NCBI GenBank assembly: GCA_963674705.1
Contig: OY771506.1
Location: 4,352,001 to 4,416,000, forward strand
Reading direction: 5' to 3'
From: Phycisphaeraceae bacterium
Lineage (GTDB): Bacteria > Planctomycetota > Phycisphaerae > Phycisphaerales > Phycisphaeraceae
Length of the DNA stretch: 64,000 nucleotides
The notes below the pieces were generated by a model. It ran no database searches and was not told where the DNA came from. It saw only the letters and a list, made by a program, of their open reading frames with translations. The translations under genes were made by a program, and so were the position numbers. How positions within the stretch are numbered: position 1 is the stretch's first letter; the number at the start of each line of letters is the position of its first letter. Positions 37,535-48,190 of this stretch are shown piece after piece.

Positions 37535-39619
37535 ATGTCACAATGCAACCCATTCGCACGGGAACAAGGGCGCCCGCGGTCTGCGTTTAATCATTGTTTC
37601 TTAAGTCTATTGGCAGCGCTATTACCCATAGGTATGGCGCAGGCCGACACGACTACAGTAGAGGACGAAGAACCAACCACCGCGGTCGACACAACAGACC
37701 TGGAACAGATGTTCGATCTGGACATCGAACAACTGATGCAGATGGATGTGACTTCGGTGGCTGGCGTGGCTCAGCCGTGGTTCCAGACACCGGCGGCGAT
37801 GTATGTCTTGACGAGTGAAGACATCCGCCGTGCCGGGCACACAAGCATCCCCGAAGCGTTGCGGATGGTGCCGGGTATGTTCGTGGCAAAGAACAGTTCC
37901 TGGTTGTGGAGCATATCCGCACGGGGATTTAACGGTTCGTTCGCCAACAAGCTCCAAGTCCTGGTTGATGGACGCGAAATATATGATCCGCTTTTTTCAG
38001 GCACACTTTGGGAGATTCATGACATCATCTTTGATGACCTGGACCGGATCGAGGTGATACGCGGCCCCGGCGCAACGCTCTGGGGTGCCAACGCGGTGAA
38101 TGGTGTGATTAATATCACGAGCAAGAGCGCCAAAGACACGCAGGGCTGGTACCTGAGCGGGATGGCCGGCAATTATGAGAAAGGCGCCGGTGAGTTGCGC
38201 TACGGAGGGCAGCTATCGGATACAAGCTGGTTCCGTGTCTGGGGCACCTATCATGACCGTGCCGCCTTCGATTTACCCGAGGGTGCACAAGCAAGTGACG
38301 ACTGGGATATGGCACGTGCTGGCTTCCGTGTAGATTCAGAGCTTGAAGATGCGGAAGGCGATACAAATCTCACTGTTCAGGGCAATATGCAACACTCTGA
38401 CCGGCTGGGAGATGATTTTAGTGCTCCAGTCCCAGGGCACTTGACGACTACAACATATAGCACTGATTCACGGTCGGAAGGTTTCAACCTGCAGTTTAAT
38501 CTGAATCAGGCGTTTCAAAACGGGAACGGTTGGCAATTCAAAGGTTCTTTCACACATAACACACATACCGGGTTCGGCGGGTTCCAACTTGATGAAGATA
38601 TTGCGGACCTTGACTTTCAGCATCACTTCGCGTTTGAAGACGTGCATAAACTGATCTGGGGCGTGAATGGCCGGTACATCAGCTACGAAACTGAGGCGGG
38701 GCCGACGCTGTCATATACCCCCAGTGACAAAGATACCGGTCGTGTCTCTTCTTTCATACAAGATACGTTGACGTTGGTTGACGATCAGCTATTTCTGATG
38801 GCTGGCTCGAAGTTCGAGTATAACGATTACACGGGTTTTGAATATCAACCCAGTGCGCGGTTGTGGTGGACACCTGATGATCAGCATACGATCTGGACAA
38901 GTTTTTCCCGGGCGGTACGTGTAACGGGCCCGACAGATCAGGATCTGTTGCTGAATACAGCATATGTTGACACGGGTTTGGCTGCGGGGGGACCCGCAAG
39001 CGGGGTGTTTGTCCCACTATATCATGTCGGGAATCCAAATCTGGGACCAGAGGTTTTATTTTCCTATGAGGCAGGCTATCGAGAGCGTCTCCGTGATAAT
39101 CTGACGCTGGACATCGCGGGTTTTTATAACGAATATGAAGACCTGGTCACCGCGCCGCCAGGTGGATTATCCGGGGTGTATCGTTCCACCGGACATGCCA
39201 CGCATTACGGCGTCGAGACTGTAATCGATTGGCTCGTTACACCGTGTTGGCGTCTTACCGCCAGCCACAGTTTCCTGTACATGCGGTGGAGCGATGATCT
39301 CTATTTTAATAATTCACCCACACCGAAGAACCAGTTTCAGGTCAGGTCCGAGTTGGATATCACGGATGATCTGGAATTCAATGCGGCGTTGTACTACTAC
39401 GACAAACAGGAAGTCATAGGGCCGGTGCCGACGAGCATCGATGCGTTCGCGCGGCTGGATATGGGTATCACCTGGCGGCCGACGCATAACCTTGAATTGT
39501 CGTTCTGGGGTCAGAACCTACTTGACTCGATACACAGCGAGGCGCCTGCCTCGCTGGGCACGACGTCTCTCGGAGAGGTGCCAATGAGTTTTTATGGGAA
39601 GCTAACCTATCGCTTCTAA
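37535..39619 (+). CDS. TonB-dependent receptor (plug + barrel)
   Basis: Signal peptide; IPEALRMVPG, RIEVIRGPGATLWGANAVNGVINI; GQNLLD; terminal YRF. Confidence 0.92.
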   Translation: MSQCNPFAREQGRPRSAFNHCFLSLLAALLPIGMAQADTTTVEDEEPTTAVDTTDLEQMFDLDIEQLMQMDVTSVAGVAQPWFQTPAAMYVLTSEDIRRAGHTSIPEALRMVPGMFVAKNSSWLWSISARGFNGSFANKLQVLVDGREIYDPLFSGTLWEIHDIIFDDLDRIEVIRGPGATLWGANAVNGVINITSKSAKDTQGWYLSGMAGNYEKGAGELRYGGQLSDTSWFRVWGTYHDRAAFDLPEGAQASDDWDMARAGFRVDSELEDAEGDTNLTVQGNMQHSDRLGDDFSAPVPGHLTTTTYSTDSRSEGFNLQFNLNQAFQNGNGWQFKGSFTHNTHTGFGGFQLDEDIADLDFQHHFAFEDVHKLIWGVNGRYISYETEAGPTLSYTPSDKDTGRVSSFIQDTLTLVDDQLFLMAGSKFEYNDYTGFEYQPSARLWWTPDDQHTIWTSFSRAVRVTGPTDQDLLLNTAYVDTGLAAGGPASGVFVPLYHVGNPNLGPEVLFSYEAGYRERLRDNLTLDIAGFYNEYEDLVTAPPGGLSGVYRSTGHATHYGVETVIDWLVTPCWRLTASHSFLYMRWSDDLYFNNSPTPKNQFQVRSELDITDDLEFNAALYYYDKQEVIGPVPTSIDAFARLDMGITWRPTHNLELSFWGQNLLDSIHSEAPASLGTTSLGEVPMSFYGKLTYRF

Positions 39620-39644
39620 GCGAAGTGAATAAACAACCAGTTTT

Positions 39645-40490
39645 ATGTTCATGCATACCAAGACATCCAGATCGCTTAACTGCAAGGCCGAGGCGGCGAG
39701 TGCCGTCACGTCGGCGGGCTGGTGTCGTGGGCATATGGATCATGCAACAACTTCCGCGTTTATCCGGCATGCAATCCTGTTGATTTTATGCTCTCTGGTG
39801 TTCCTGCTTTCGCTGCTTCTGAGCACAAACACCGCCTGTGGATCAGATGTCGACAAGGACAAACTCATCAAGCTGAAAGCTGCATATGTATTCAACCTGT
39901 TGAAGTTCACGCACTGGTCTGAAGACAAGTTCGATGATGATAAATCGCCTGTGAAGGTGATATTTGTCGGCAACTCCCCGGTAGCAAAGGTCTTTAAGAA
40001 GGCTGTTGAGGATCGAACCGTACAAGGCCGAGTTATTGAAACCTCCGTGCTGCCCTTCCCACCACCGGGATATGACGACATCGAGCGGACCGACGATGAA
40101 AAACAGGCGTTATTGAACAGATTCCATCATCAACTGCACACATCGCACATGGTGTATATCAGCGACGGCCTGGCCGGAGACTGGCCTATGTTGCGAGAGT
40201 TGACCAGCGAGTGCCAGACGTTACTGGTAAGCGACATCAATCGCTTTGCAGAAGATGGTGGGATGGTCGGTTTATCTCTGGATGAAAATAATCGGCTTGG
40301 CTTTGTTGTGAATCAGGATACGCTCGAGCAGCGGGGTCTGAGGTTAGGCTCGTCCTTGATGAAGCTCGCCAAGGTCGTGAAGCGCTCGCAATCCATGCTG
40401 GATGAGTCAGGTACCTGGTTGTGTGTATGGATGCTCAGTTCTGAACATCCATACATTCCCTCTGAATCAGTGAGGGAGACGGGCACATGA
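39645..40490 (+). CDS. YfiR (DUF4154) family periplasmic protein
   Basis: KLKAAYVFNLLKFTHW, LLVSD..FAEDGGMVGL, LRLGSSLMKLA; true start may be downstream. Confidence 0.88.
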   Translation: MFMHTKTSRSLNCKAEAASAVTSAGWCRGHMDHATTSAFIRHAILLILCSLVFLLSLLLSTNTACGSDVDKDKLIKLKAAYVFNLLKFTHWSEDKFDDDKSPVKVIFVGNSPVAKVFKKAVEDRTVQGRVIETSVLPFPPPGYDDIERTDDEKQALLNRFHHQLHTSHMVYISDGLAGDWPMLRELTSECQTLLVSDINRFAEDGGMVGLSLDENNRLGFVVNQDTLEQRGLRLGSSLMKLAKVVKRSQSMLDESGTWLCVWMLSSEHPYIPSESVRETGT

Positions 40491-42562
40491 CCAAGCTACC
40501 CGGGCTGAGCTTCCGCACCAAGCTGATGGTGTTGTTGACGTTAACCAGCGTGCTGACGATCGTGCTGGCGGCATCAGCGACAACAATCTTCGACTACTTC
40601 TGGAGCAAAGACGAAGCGGTCAATTCCGTGCAGACCCTGGCACAGGTGACCGCGTCAAACAGCGCCGCGGCGATCGTGTTCAACGATCCTGAAGCGGCGA
40701 CGGACATCCTTAGCGCGCTGGAAGCGGTGCCCGGGATCATCACTGCGCGTATCTATGACATGGAAGGCAATGTGTTTGCCACCTACGGACAGGAACACGA
40801 TCACTTCGACCTGACAAGCGGTGATGTGGAGACGGCCTATTCATTTGATGAGGAAGGTTACCTGGAGCTATCACATGTGATCATGCTGGATAACGAGCGG
40901 ATCGGTGTGATCAATCTGCATTATGACATGCAGCTTGTGCAAGAAAGATTATTCAGCGAGATCTTTGTTATCGGGTTTTGTGCGATTTTAGCCATCATGG
41001 TGGCGATGTTACTTGCGATGAAGCTGCAAAGCACACTGATCCGGCCGATCCTGGAACTCGAAAAAACCGCAAGAGAAGTTTCCCAGACACAGGATTACGC
41101 GCTTCGGGCAACCCAATACAGCAATGACGAACTGGGCACGTTGACGGATAAGTTCAACGAGATGCTCAGCCAGGTCCAGGCGCGTGATGATGAGCTGGCC
41201 AAGTCACAGGATCGTCTGGAAGAGCAGGTCATCCAACGAACCAAGGAACTGGAGGCAGCTAAGGGACAGGCCGAGGCCGCGGCGGCATCGCTGGCGCTCA
41301 GTGAGGATCGGATCCGGTCCATCCTCAGGCAAGCGCCCGACGGGATCGTCACGTTTGACTCAAAGGGCATCATCAGTCTTTCCAATCCGGCTGCGCAACG
41401 GATATTCAACTGCACACAGGATGACTTCCAACTAATCAACATCAACGACTTGCTGGCGGATGCGTATTACATCAATGAAGAAGGCATGATCCTGTCTCTG
41501 AATAATGCCGAGGGAAACCGGAACCTGGGCAGCTATGCAGAGATAATGGGCAACCGGCGGGATGGATCGACGGTTCCGATCCGGCTGGCGATCAGCCCAT
41601 CGAAGTTAAGCGGCGCGGATATGTTCACCGCCAGTATCCGTGATATTACCGATCAGAAGCAGGCTGAGCAGGAGAAGGAAGACCTGAACCGTCAGCTCAT
41701 GGAAGAGTCACGCCGCAGCGGTATGGCGGAGATAGCGACGGGTGTGCTGCACAACGTGGGAAACGTGCTTAACAGCGTCAACGTTTCGGTGAACCTGATC
41801 AACGACCGCTTGAACAAGTCCAAGGTCCAGAGCCTGTTGAAGGCGGCACAGATGGTGCGAAACCATCTGGACGACCTGCCACAATTCATCCAGAACGACG
41901 AGCATGGCAAGCACCTGCCAGACTTCATCGTGCAGGTGGCGGAGCATCTGGATAGTGAACACAAGGACCTGGCTGAAGAAATCAAGAATCTGTTTGACCG
42001 GACGCTGCACGTCCAGGAAATCATCAGCACACAGCAGTCATACGCCTCGGCAGGTGGTATTGTTGAGAACATCTCACTGAACGATGTGGTTCAGGATGCT
42101 TTGCGGATTAATGAGGCAGGATTGAAGCGCCACCATGTTCATCTCACGCTTGAATGTGCAGACCAACTTAAACTGTCGGTCGATAAGCACAAGCTGCTTC
42201 AGATCCTGGTAAACCTGATCAGCAATGCGAAGTACGCGGCAGATCGCAGCAAACCGGAGTGTCGTGTGGTCATCCGTGCACATGAGTCTGGTGCTCACAG
42301 CGAGTTTGCCGTGATCGAAGTAGCCGACAACGGCGTTGGTATCTCGCCGGAGAATTTGTTACGGATATTCAACCACGGGTTTACAACACGCCAAGACGGG
42401 CACGGCTTCGGCCTGCATAATGCAGCACTATCGGCACACGAACTGGGTGGCACGCTTCACGCTCATAGCGATGGGCCGGGCAAGGGAGCCACATTCACAC
42501 TCAAGATCCCGATCAAACACAAGAGTCAGAGCGAGGAGGCCGAGTATGAGCATACCATGTGA
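40487..42562 (+). CDS. Sensor histidine kinase (periplasmic CHASE8-like, HAMP, PAS, HATPase)
   Basis: Two TMs, AAAIVFND, HAMP DELG, PAS NPAA, H-box LHNVGN, N/G1/G2 boxes. Confidence 0.92.
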   Translation: MTKLPGLSFRTKLMVLLTLTSVLTIVLAASATTIFDYFWSKDEAVNSVQTLAQVTASNSAAAIVFNDPEAATDILSALEAVPGIITARIYDMEGNVFATYGQEHDHFDLTSGDVETAYSFDEEGYLELSHVIMLDNERIGVINLHYDMQLVQERLFSEIFVIGFCAILAIMVAMLLAMKLQSTLIRPILELEKTAREVSQTQDYALRATQYSNDELGTLTDKFNEMLSQVQARDDELAKSQDRLEEQVIQRTKELEAAKGQAEAAAASLALSEDRIRSILRQAPDGIVTFDSKGIISLSNPAAQRIFNCTQDDFQLININDLLADAYYINEEGMILSLNNAEGNRNLGSYAEIMGNRRDGSTVPIRLAISPSKLSGADMFTASIRDITDQKQAEQEKEDLNRQLMEESRRSGMAEIATGVLHNVGNVLNSVNVSVNLINDRLNKSKVQSLLKAAQMVRNHLDDLPQFIQNDEHGKHLPDFIVQVAEHLDSEHKDLAEEIKNLFDRTLHVQEIISTQQSYASAGGIVENISLNDVVQDALRINEAGLKRHHVHLTLECADQLKLSVDKHKLLQILVNLISNAKYAADRSKPECRVVIRAHESGAHSEFAVIEVADNGVGISPENLLRIFNHGFTTRQDGHGFGLHNAALSAHELGGTLHAHSDGPGKGATFTLKIPIKHKSQSEEAEYEHTM

Positions 42563-43868
42563 TGCTACCGGTCGCGTTCTCGTTTATGACGATCGCGATA
42601 CGCTCTGGCCCAAGATCACCGCATTGCTTTGCGGGATGAAGATTCCGATCATCGAGGTCCAGGCCGCGCGTAGCGAAGACCCGATCGTGGAGATCATTCA
42701 GGAAGCGATTGACGAAGACGAACCGTTTTCCGCGGTTTTCTGGTCGGCCGGCGCCGGTCTTGACCGGCTGTCGAAGGTTTCCGCCCTGTGGGATGTAGAC
42801 CCAAGACTAAGTGTCGTATTGTGTACCGGATCAGGTGATTACCGCTGGCAGGAACTGGCGGATGCCATGGATCAGTCGGGGCCATGGTATGTGCTGGAAG
42901 GCACACCGCGCGAAGCCGAAGTCTGCCAGCTTGTCCTGAACGCTGTCAGCCATCATTTTGCGTTGCATTCGCCTGAATTCCAGCAGTTGCGCCTGGACCT
43001 TGAACGCGCCAACATCAATACGAGCATGCTTGAGATATGCAACGGCGCGCTGCACAACATCGGCAACGTACTCAACAGTGTAAGTGTCTCGGCAGGCCTG
43101 GTGTGTGACAGCATCGGCAAATCAAAAACCATCAGCCTTCAGAAAGCCTCGGATCTGATCGAACAACACCAGCACGATCTTAGTGACTTCATCACGAATG
43201 ATGAACACGGCAAGCATCTGCCTAAGTTCCTGATCGATGTCAGCAAGGTCATCGGCCAGGAAAATCAGTTCCTGCAACACGAACTCTCGGGCATCACTCG
43301 ACATCTGGAACACATCAAGCAGATCATCGGCACGCAGCAATCGTATGCCGGTCAGATTGAGATCATCGAAGAGGTCGAACTGACGGAGTTGCTGGAGGAT
43401 GCACTTAAGATCAACATCGCCGGGCTCGAGAGCCAGGGCGTGCAAGTCATCCGTGAGTTTGATGATGTGCCCCGCAGCATGGCGTGTCGGAACAAGGTGT
43501 TACAGATCCTGGTTAATCTCATCAGCAACGCGAAAGCGGCTCTGCGCGGCAGCGGCGATGAGCAGAAACTGTGGCTGCGTCTTCATCTGTCTAAAGACAA
43601 TGCGGACTATGCGTGCGTGCAGGTGATCGACAACGGTGTTGGTATCACTGCTGACAATCTGAAGCGGATATTCGATCACGGTTTCACGACGCGTTCGACG
43701 GGTCATGGCTTTGGATTGAACTCGGCAATCCGCGCGGCGAGGGAAATGAAAGGCAGGCTCTGGGCGGAAAGTGACGGCCTGGACCAAGGCGCCACCTTTA
43801 CGCTTGAACTGCCGCTAGCTCATCACCAGCTTCAGCAACCCAACAACACGCGACGCAATTCAGCCTAA
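42546..43868 (+). CDS. Cytoplasmic histidine kinase with degenerate N-terminal REC-like domain
   Basis: VLVYDD..VVLCT REC remnants without the phospho-Asp; H-box LHNIGN; HATPase. Confidence 0.85.
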   Translation: MSIPCDATGRVLVYDDRDTLWPKITALLCGMKIPIIEVQAARSEDPIVEIIQEAIDEDEPFSAVFWSAGAGLDRLSKVSALWDVDPRLSVVLCTGSGDYRWQELADAMDQSGPWYVLEGTPREAEVCQLVLNAVSHHFALHSPEFQQLRLDLERANINTSMLEICNGALHNIGNVLNSVSVSAGLVCDSIGKSKTISLQKASDLIEQHQHDLSDFITNDEHGKHLPKFLIDVSKVIGQENQFLQHELSGITRHLEHIKQIIGTQQSYAGQIEIIEEVELTELLEDALKINIAGLESQGVQVIREFDDVPRSMACRNKVLQILVNLISNAKAALRGSGDEQKLWLRLHLSKDNADYACVQVIDNGVGITADNLKRIFDHGFTTRSTGHGFGLNSAIRAAREMKGRLWAESDGLDQGATFTLELPLAHHQLQQPNNTRRNSA

Positions 43869-44136
43869 ACAGCGTGTGATATCCGCACCAACAAAACCTG
43901 ATTTATTGTCATTCCGTGCCACACCGGTGTCACATCTCATTTTTATTGCATTTATATCTTAATTATTATCAGATATTTATGCTGCTTTTATTGCACCATA
44001 CCTTTTGCAGGTATTTCGTTACACCCGCCTCCTTCACTTCTGATACATTTTGTATCTTGAGAGCCGCTTGTTGGGATTATACGAGCCGGCTCGGAATCCA
44101 TATAAATCCGCCTTACCGCATGGAGGAACCGCAATC

Positions 44137-45834
44137 GTGGCCAAGAAACAGACCCCCGCCTACAGCATCGGAGTGGACTACGGCACTAACAGCGTCCGGG
44201 CGTTAATCGTCGATACCGCCAATGGCCGGGAAGTCGCTTCACATGTGTATGAGTACCCTTCCGGTGATGCGGGAATCCTGCTGGACCCGAAAGACCCGAA
44301 CGTCGCGCGGCAGAATCCGGCAGACTATATAGATGGCTTCATTACCTCCGTTAAGAAGGCGGTGCTGAAGGCGAAGAAGGTGCGCGGCTTCAAGCCGGAG
44401 TACGTGATCGGCATCGGCGTGGATACGACCGGTTCGACGCCGATCCCGGTTGACCGCGACGGGATACCGCTCGCGCTTCAAGCCAAATTCAAGAAAGAGC
44501 TGGCGGCACATGCGTGGCTATGGAAAGACCACACCTCGCACGCGGAAGCGGCGGAGATCACGAAGAAGGCTTCAAAGTACAAAGTGAAGTACCTGGCCAA
44601 GTGTGGCGGGACGTATTCCAGCGAGTGGTACTGGTCGAAGATCCTGCACTGCAAGCGTACCGCACCGAAGGTATTCAAAGCGGCGTATTCGTGGGTTGAA
44701 TTGGCTGACTTTATCCCCGGCTACATTACGGGTAATACAGACCCGGACACGATGCCACGCGGCATCTGTGCGGCGGGTCACAAAGCGATGTATCACGAGG
44801 ACTGGGGCGGCTTACCGAGTAAGGACTTCCTCAAGAGTCTTGACCCGGCGCTCGTGCCTTTGCGTGATCGGTATACAGACAAGGCTGTACCGAGTGATGA
44901 AAAGGCGGGCGATCTGACGGCTGAGATCGCGAAGAAGGTTGGCTTGCCGGCCGGGATCGCGGTTGCGGTGGGCGCGTTTGATGCACACCACGGCGGCGTC
45001 GGTTCGGGAATCAAAGCCGGCACACTTGTGAAGATCATCGGCACCAGCACGTGCGACATGATGGTCGCCCCGATGGATAAGAAACTACCGGATATTCCCG
45101 GGCTTTGCGGGATCGTGCCGGGCTCGGTCGTGCCGGGAATGTACGGCCTGGAAGCCGGGCAGTCGGCGGTGGGCGATATCTTCAACTGGTTCGTGAAGCG
45201 ACTTACCCCCGAAAGCTACGGCAAAGGTGGTGAAGCACACGTGAACCTGACTAATGAAGCGGCGAAACTTGCACCGGGTGCATCCGGCCTGATTGCGCTG
45301 GACTGGAATAACGGCAACCGCACGATCCTGGTCGACCCCCTGCTGTCGGGCCTGCTGATCGGCCAGACGCTGCACACCACTGCGGCGGAAGTCTACCGGA
45401 CGCTGGTCGAATCCACCGCGTTCGGCGCACTGACGATCATCAACCGGTTTGAAGAATACGGCGTGAAGGTCAAGGAAGTCGTCAATTGCGGCGGGATCAG
45501 CGAAAAGAACGCGATGGTCATGCAGATCTATGCGGACATCTGCAACCGCCCGATGAAGATCAGCCGATCGTCACAGACCTGTGCGCTGGGCGCGGCAATC
45601 TTCGGCGCGATCGTCGGCGGCAAGTACAAGAATGTCCTCGCGGCACAGAAGAAGATGACCGGGACCAAGCCGAATGTGTTCCGACCGATCAAGAAGAACG
45701 TCGAGGTGTACGCGAAGTTGTACAAGCTCTACAAGCAGCTACACGATGGCTTTGGCAACACAGGCAGCAAAGGCTCGATGGATAAAGTGATGAAAGAACT
45801 TATCGCGATCCGTGAAAAGGCGAGGAAAGGATAA
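44137..45834 (+). CDS. araB: Ribulokinase
   Basis: GVDYGT, GVDTTGST, WKDHT, YSSEW, ALDWNNGNR; GTG start after GGAGG. Confidence 0.95.
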   Translation: MAKKQTPAYSIGVDYGTNSVRALIVDTANGREVASHVYEYPSGDAGILLDPKDPNVARQNPADYIDGFITSVKKAVLKAKKVRGFKPEYVIGIGVDTTGSTPIPVDRDGIPLALQAKFKKELAAHAWLWKDHTSHAEAAEITKKASKYKVKYLAKCGGTYSSEWYWSKILHCKRTAPKVFKAAYSWVELADFIPGYITGNTDPDTMPRGICAAGHKAMYHEDWGGLPSKDFLKSLDPALVPLRDRYTDKAVPSDEKAGDLTAEIAKKVGLPAGIAVAVGAFDAHHGGVGSGIKAGTLVKIIGTSTCDMMVAPMDKKLPDIPGLCGIVPGSVVPGMYGLEAGQSAVGDIFNWFVKRLTPESYGKGGEAHVNLTNEAAKLAPGASGLIALDWNNGNRTILVDPLLSGLLIGQTLHTTAAEVYRTLVESTAFGALTIINRFEEYGVKVKEVVNCGGISEKNAMVMQIYADICNRPMKISRSSQTCALGAAIFGAIVGGKYKNVLAAQKKMTGTKPNVFRPIKKNVEVYAKLYKLYKQLHDGFGNTGSKGSMDKVMKELIAIREKARKG

Positions 45835-45837
45835 ATC

Positions 45838-46533
45838 GTGCTCGAAGACCTGAAGGCAGAAGTCTGCCAGGCGAATAAAGACCTTGTGACCCACGGGCTG
45901 GTGATCCTGACATGGGGCAATGTCAGCGGGTTTGATGCGGACAAGGGTTTGGTCGCGATTAAACCGAGCGGCGTGGCGTATGACAAGCTCAAGCCGGACG
46001 ATATCGTGATTGTCGACCTGGATGGCAAAGTGGTTGAGGGCGATCTCAATCCGTCATCCGATACAGCGACGCACGTGTTGCTGTACAAGCACTTCGAAGA
46101 CATTGGCGGCGTGACGCATACACACAGCCTGTATGCGACGATGTTCGCGCAGGCGCGCGTCGAGATCGCCTGCATGGGCACGACGCATGCGGACCACTTC
46201 AATGGTCCGGTTCCCGTGACTCGGCCGTTGACCGAAAAGGAAGTCGAAGAAGCTTACGAGCACAACACGGGATTGGTAATTGTTGAGCGGTTCAAGGGCA
46301 TGAAACCAATTGAAATGCCAGCCGTGCTGGTCGCAGGACACGCTCCGTTTACCTGGGGCAAGAACGCTGCTGATTCGGTGAAGAATTCGATCGCGCTTGA
46401 AGCGGTCGCGCATATGAATCTCGGTGCATCCACCTTAAGCATCAGCGAGCCTAAGCTTGAAGATTATGTGCTAAGGAAACATCACGAACGCAAACACGGC
46501 CCGAACGCGTACTACGGGCAGAAGAAGAAGTAA
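45838..46533 (+). CDS. araD: L-ribulose-5-phosphate 4-epimerase
   Basis: TWGNVS, IKPSG, PSSDT, HTHS, GTTHAD, KHGPNAYYGQ. Confidence 0.95.
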   Translation: MLEDLKAEVCQANKDLVTHGLVILTWGNVSGFDADKGLVAIKPSGVAYDKLKPDDIVIVDLDGKVVEGDLNPSSDTATHVLLYKHFEDIGGVTHTHSLYATMFAQARVEIACMGTTHADHFNGPVPVTRPLTEKEVEEAYEHNTGLVIVERFKGMKPIEMPAVLVAGHAPFTWGKNAADSVKNSIALEAVAHMNLGASTLSISEPKLEDYVLRKHHERKHGPNAYYGQKKK

Positions 46534-46543
46534 GACAGAATTC

Positions 46544-46651
46544 GGCCGCAAATAAACGCGAATCAACGCAAATATTTTGGATATCAAACAAGGACTGATT
46601 ACCTCACGTCCTTTATCCTAAATTCGCGTTTATTAGCGTTCATTTGCGGCT
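46544..46651. repeat. Periodic inverted-repeat pair (ACGCGAAT class) inside the ara operon
   Basis: GCCGCAAATAAACGCGAATCAACGCAAAT ... ATTCGCGTTTATTAGCGTTCATTTGCGGC. Confidence 0.85.
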
Positions 46652-46684
46652 AAAAGTATTAAACATCAACACACGGATACCATC

Positions 46685-48184
46685 ATGATCGATTTTTCAA
46701 AATATGAAGTCTGGTTCGTCACAGGCAGTCAGCATCTTTATGGCCCGGAAACGCTCAAGCAGGTTGATGCTGACTCGGCCCAGATCGCCAAGGCGCTGGA
46801 TGCGTCTAGTGAATTACCGATCAAGGTGGTGTTCATGCCCGTGCTGACGACGCCGGATGAGATCACCAGGCTTTGCACGGAGGCGAACGCATCGGAAAAC
46901 TGCATCGGGCTGATCACGTGGATGCACACGTTCAGCCCGGCGAAGATGTGGATCAACGGGTTGCGTCGGCTGACCAAGCCGTTCTGCCACTTGCACACGC
47001 AGTTCAACAGGGATATCCCCTGGCAGACGATCGACATGGACTTCATGAACCTGAACCAGTCTGCCCACGGCGGACGTGAGTTCGGCTTCATCTGCTCACG
47101 CCTGCGTCGCAACCGCAAGGTCGTGGTCGGTCACTGGCAGAACCCGGAGGTGCAAAAGAAGCTCGGTGTCTGGCAGCGTGCGGCGGTAGCGTGGGCGGAT
47201 TCCAAATCGATGAAAGTTGCACGCATCGGCGACAACATGCGCCAGGTCGCGGTCACCGAGGGCGACAAGGTCGAAGCCGAGATCAAGTTCGGTTACGCGG
47301 TAAACGGCTACGGCATCGGCGATGTGGTCGCACACCTCAATGATGTGACCGATGCACAGGTCGAGCAGCTCTGCAAGACGTATGAAGATGAGTACGTCTT
47401 AGCGGACAACCTGAAGGCCGACGGCACGAAGCGCCAATCGCTACTGGATGCGGCGAGGATCGAGCTGGGTTTGCGTTCGTTTCTGACGGAAGGCGGCTTC
47501 TCTGCATACACGGATACCTTCGAAAACCTGCACGGCATGAAGCAGCTGCCGGGTATCGCGTCGCAGCGGCTCATGGCCGCTGGCTACGGTTTCGGTGCCG
47601 AGGGTGACTGGAAGCACGCCGCACTGGTCCGCACAATGAAGGTGATGGCGCATGGCCTGAAAGGCGGCACCAGCTTCATGGAAGACTACACCTACCACTT
47701 CGAGCCCGGTGGCAACAAGGTGCTCGGTTCGCACATGCTGGAGATCTGCCCATCGATCGCGGGCGGCAAGGTGAGTTGCGAAGTGCATCCGCTGGGTATC
47801 GGTGGCAAGGAAGACCCGGTGCGGTTGAAGTTCGATAGCGCTGCTGGGCCGGCGATCAACGCGACGGTCGTCGATATGGGTAACCGATTCCGTATGGTTG
47901 TGAATACGGTCGATGCAAGTGCGCCTGATCAGGCGATGCCGAACCTGCCGGTCGCCGCGGCGATGTGGACCCCCCACCCAGACCTGGCGATCGGTGCGGC
48001 CGCGTGGATCCACGCCGGCGGCGCACACCATACCGGCTTCAGCCTGTCGCTGACGACCGAACACATGGAAGACTTTGCCGAGATGGCGGACGTTGAATTC
48101 CTCGTGATCGACAAGAACACCGACCTGCGCAGCTTCAAGAACGAGATCCGCTGGAATGATGCTGCGTACAACGCGGTGAAGTAA
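46685..48184 (+). CDS. araA: L-arabinose isomerase
   Basis: [38 protein letters not shown]. Confidence 0.96.
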   Translation: MIDFSKYEVWFVTGSQHLYGPETLKQVDADSAQIAKALDASSELPIKVVFMPVLTTPDEITRLCTEANASENCIGLITWMHTFSPAKMWINGLRRLTKPFCHLHTQFNRDIPWQTIDMDFMNLNQSAHGGREFGFICSRLRRNRKVVVGHWQNPEVQKKLGVWQRAAVAWADSKSMKVARIGDNMRQVAVTEGDKVEAEIKFGYAVNGYGIGDVVAHLNDVTDAQVEQLCKTYEDEYVLADNLKADGTKRQSLLDAARIELGLRSFLTEGGFSAYTDTFENLHGMKQLPGIASQRLMAAGYGFGAEGDWKHAALVRTMKVMAHGLKGGTSFMEDYTYHFEPGGNKVLGSHMLEICPSIAGGKVSCEVHPLGIGGKEDPVRLKFDSAAGPAINATVVDMGNRFRMVVNTVDASAPDQAMPNLPVAAAMWTPHPDLAIGAAAWIHAGGAHHTGFSLSLTTEHMEDFAEMADVEFLVIDKNTDLRSFKNEIRWNDAAYNAVK

Positions 48185-48190
48185 GTCGAG

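Noticed and set aside
43940..43995. TTTTATTGCA direct repeat as an ara operator
   Set aside because: Only two copies in an AT-rich stretch and no cognate regulator nearby; too weak.
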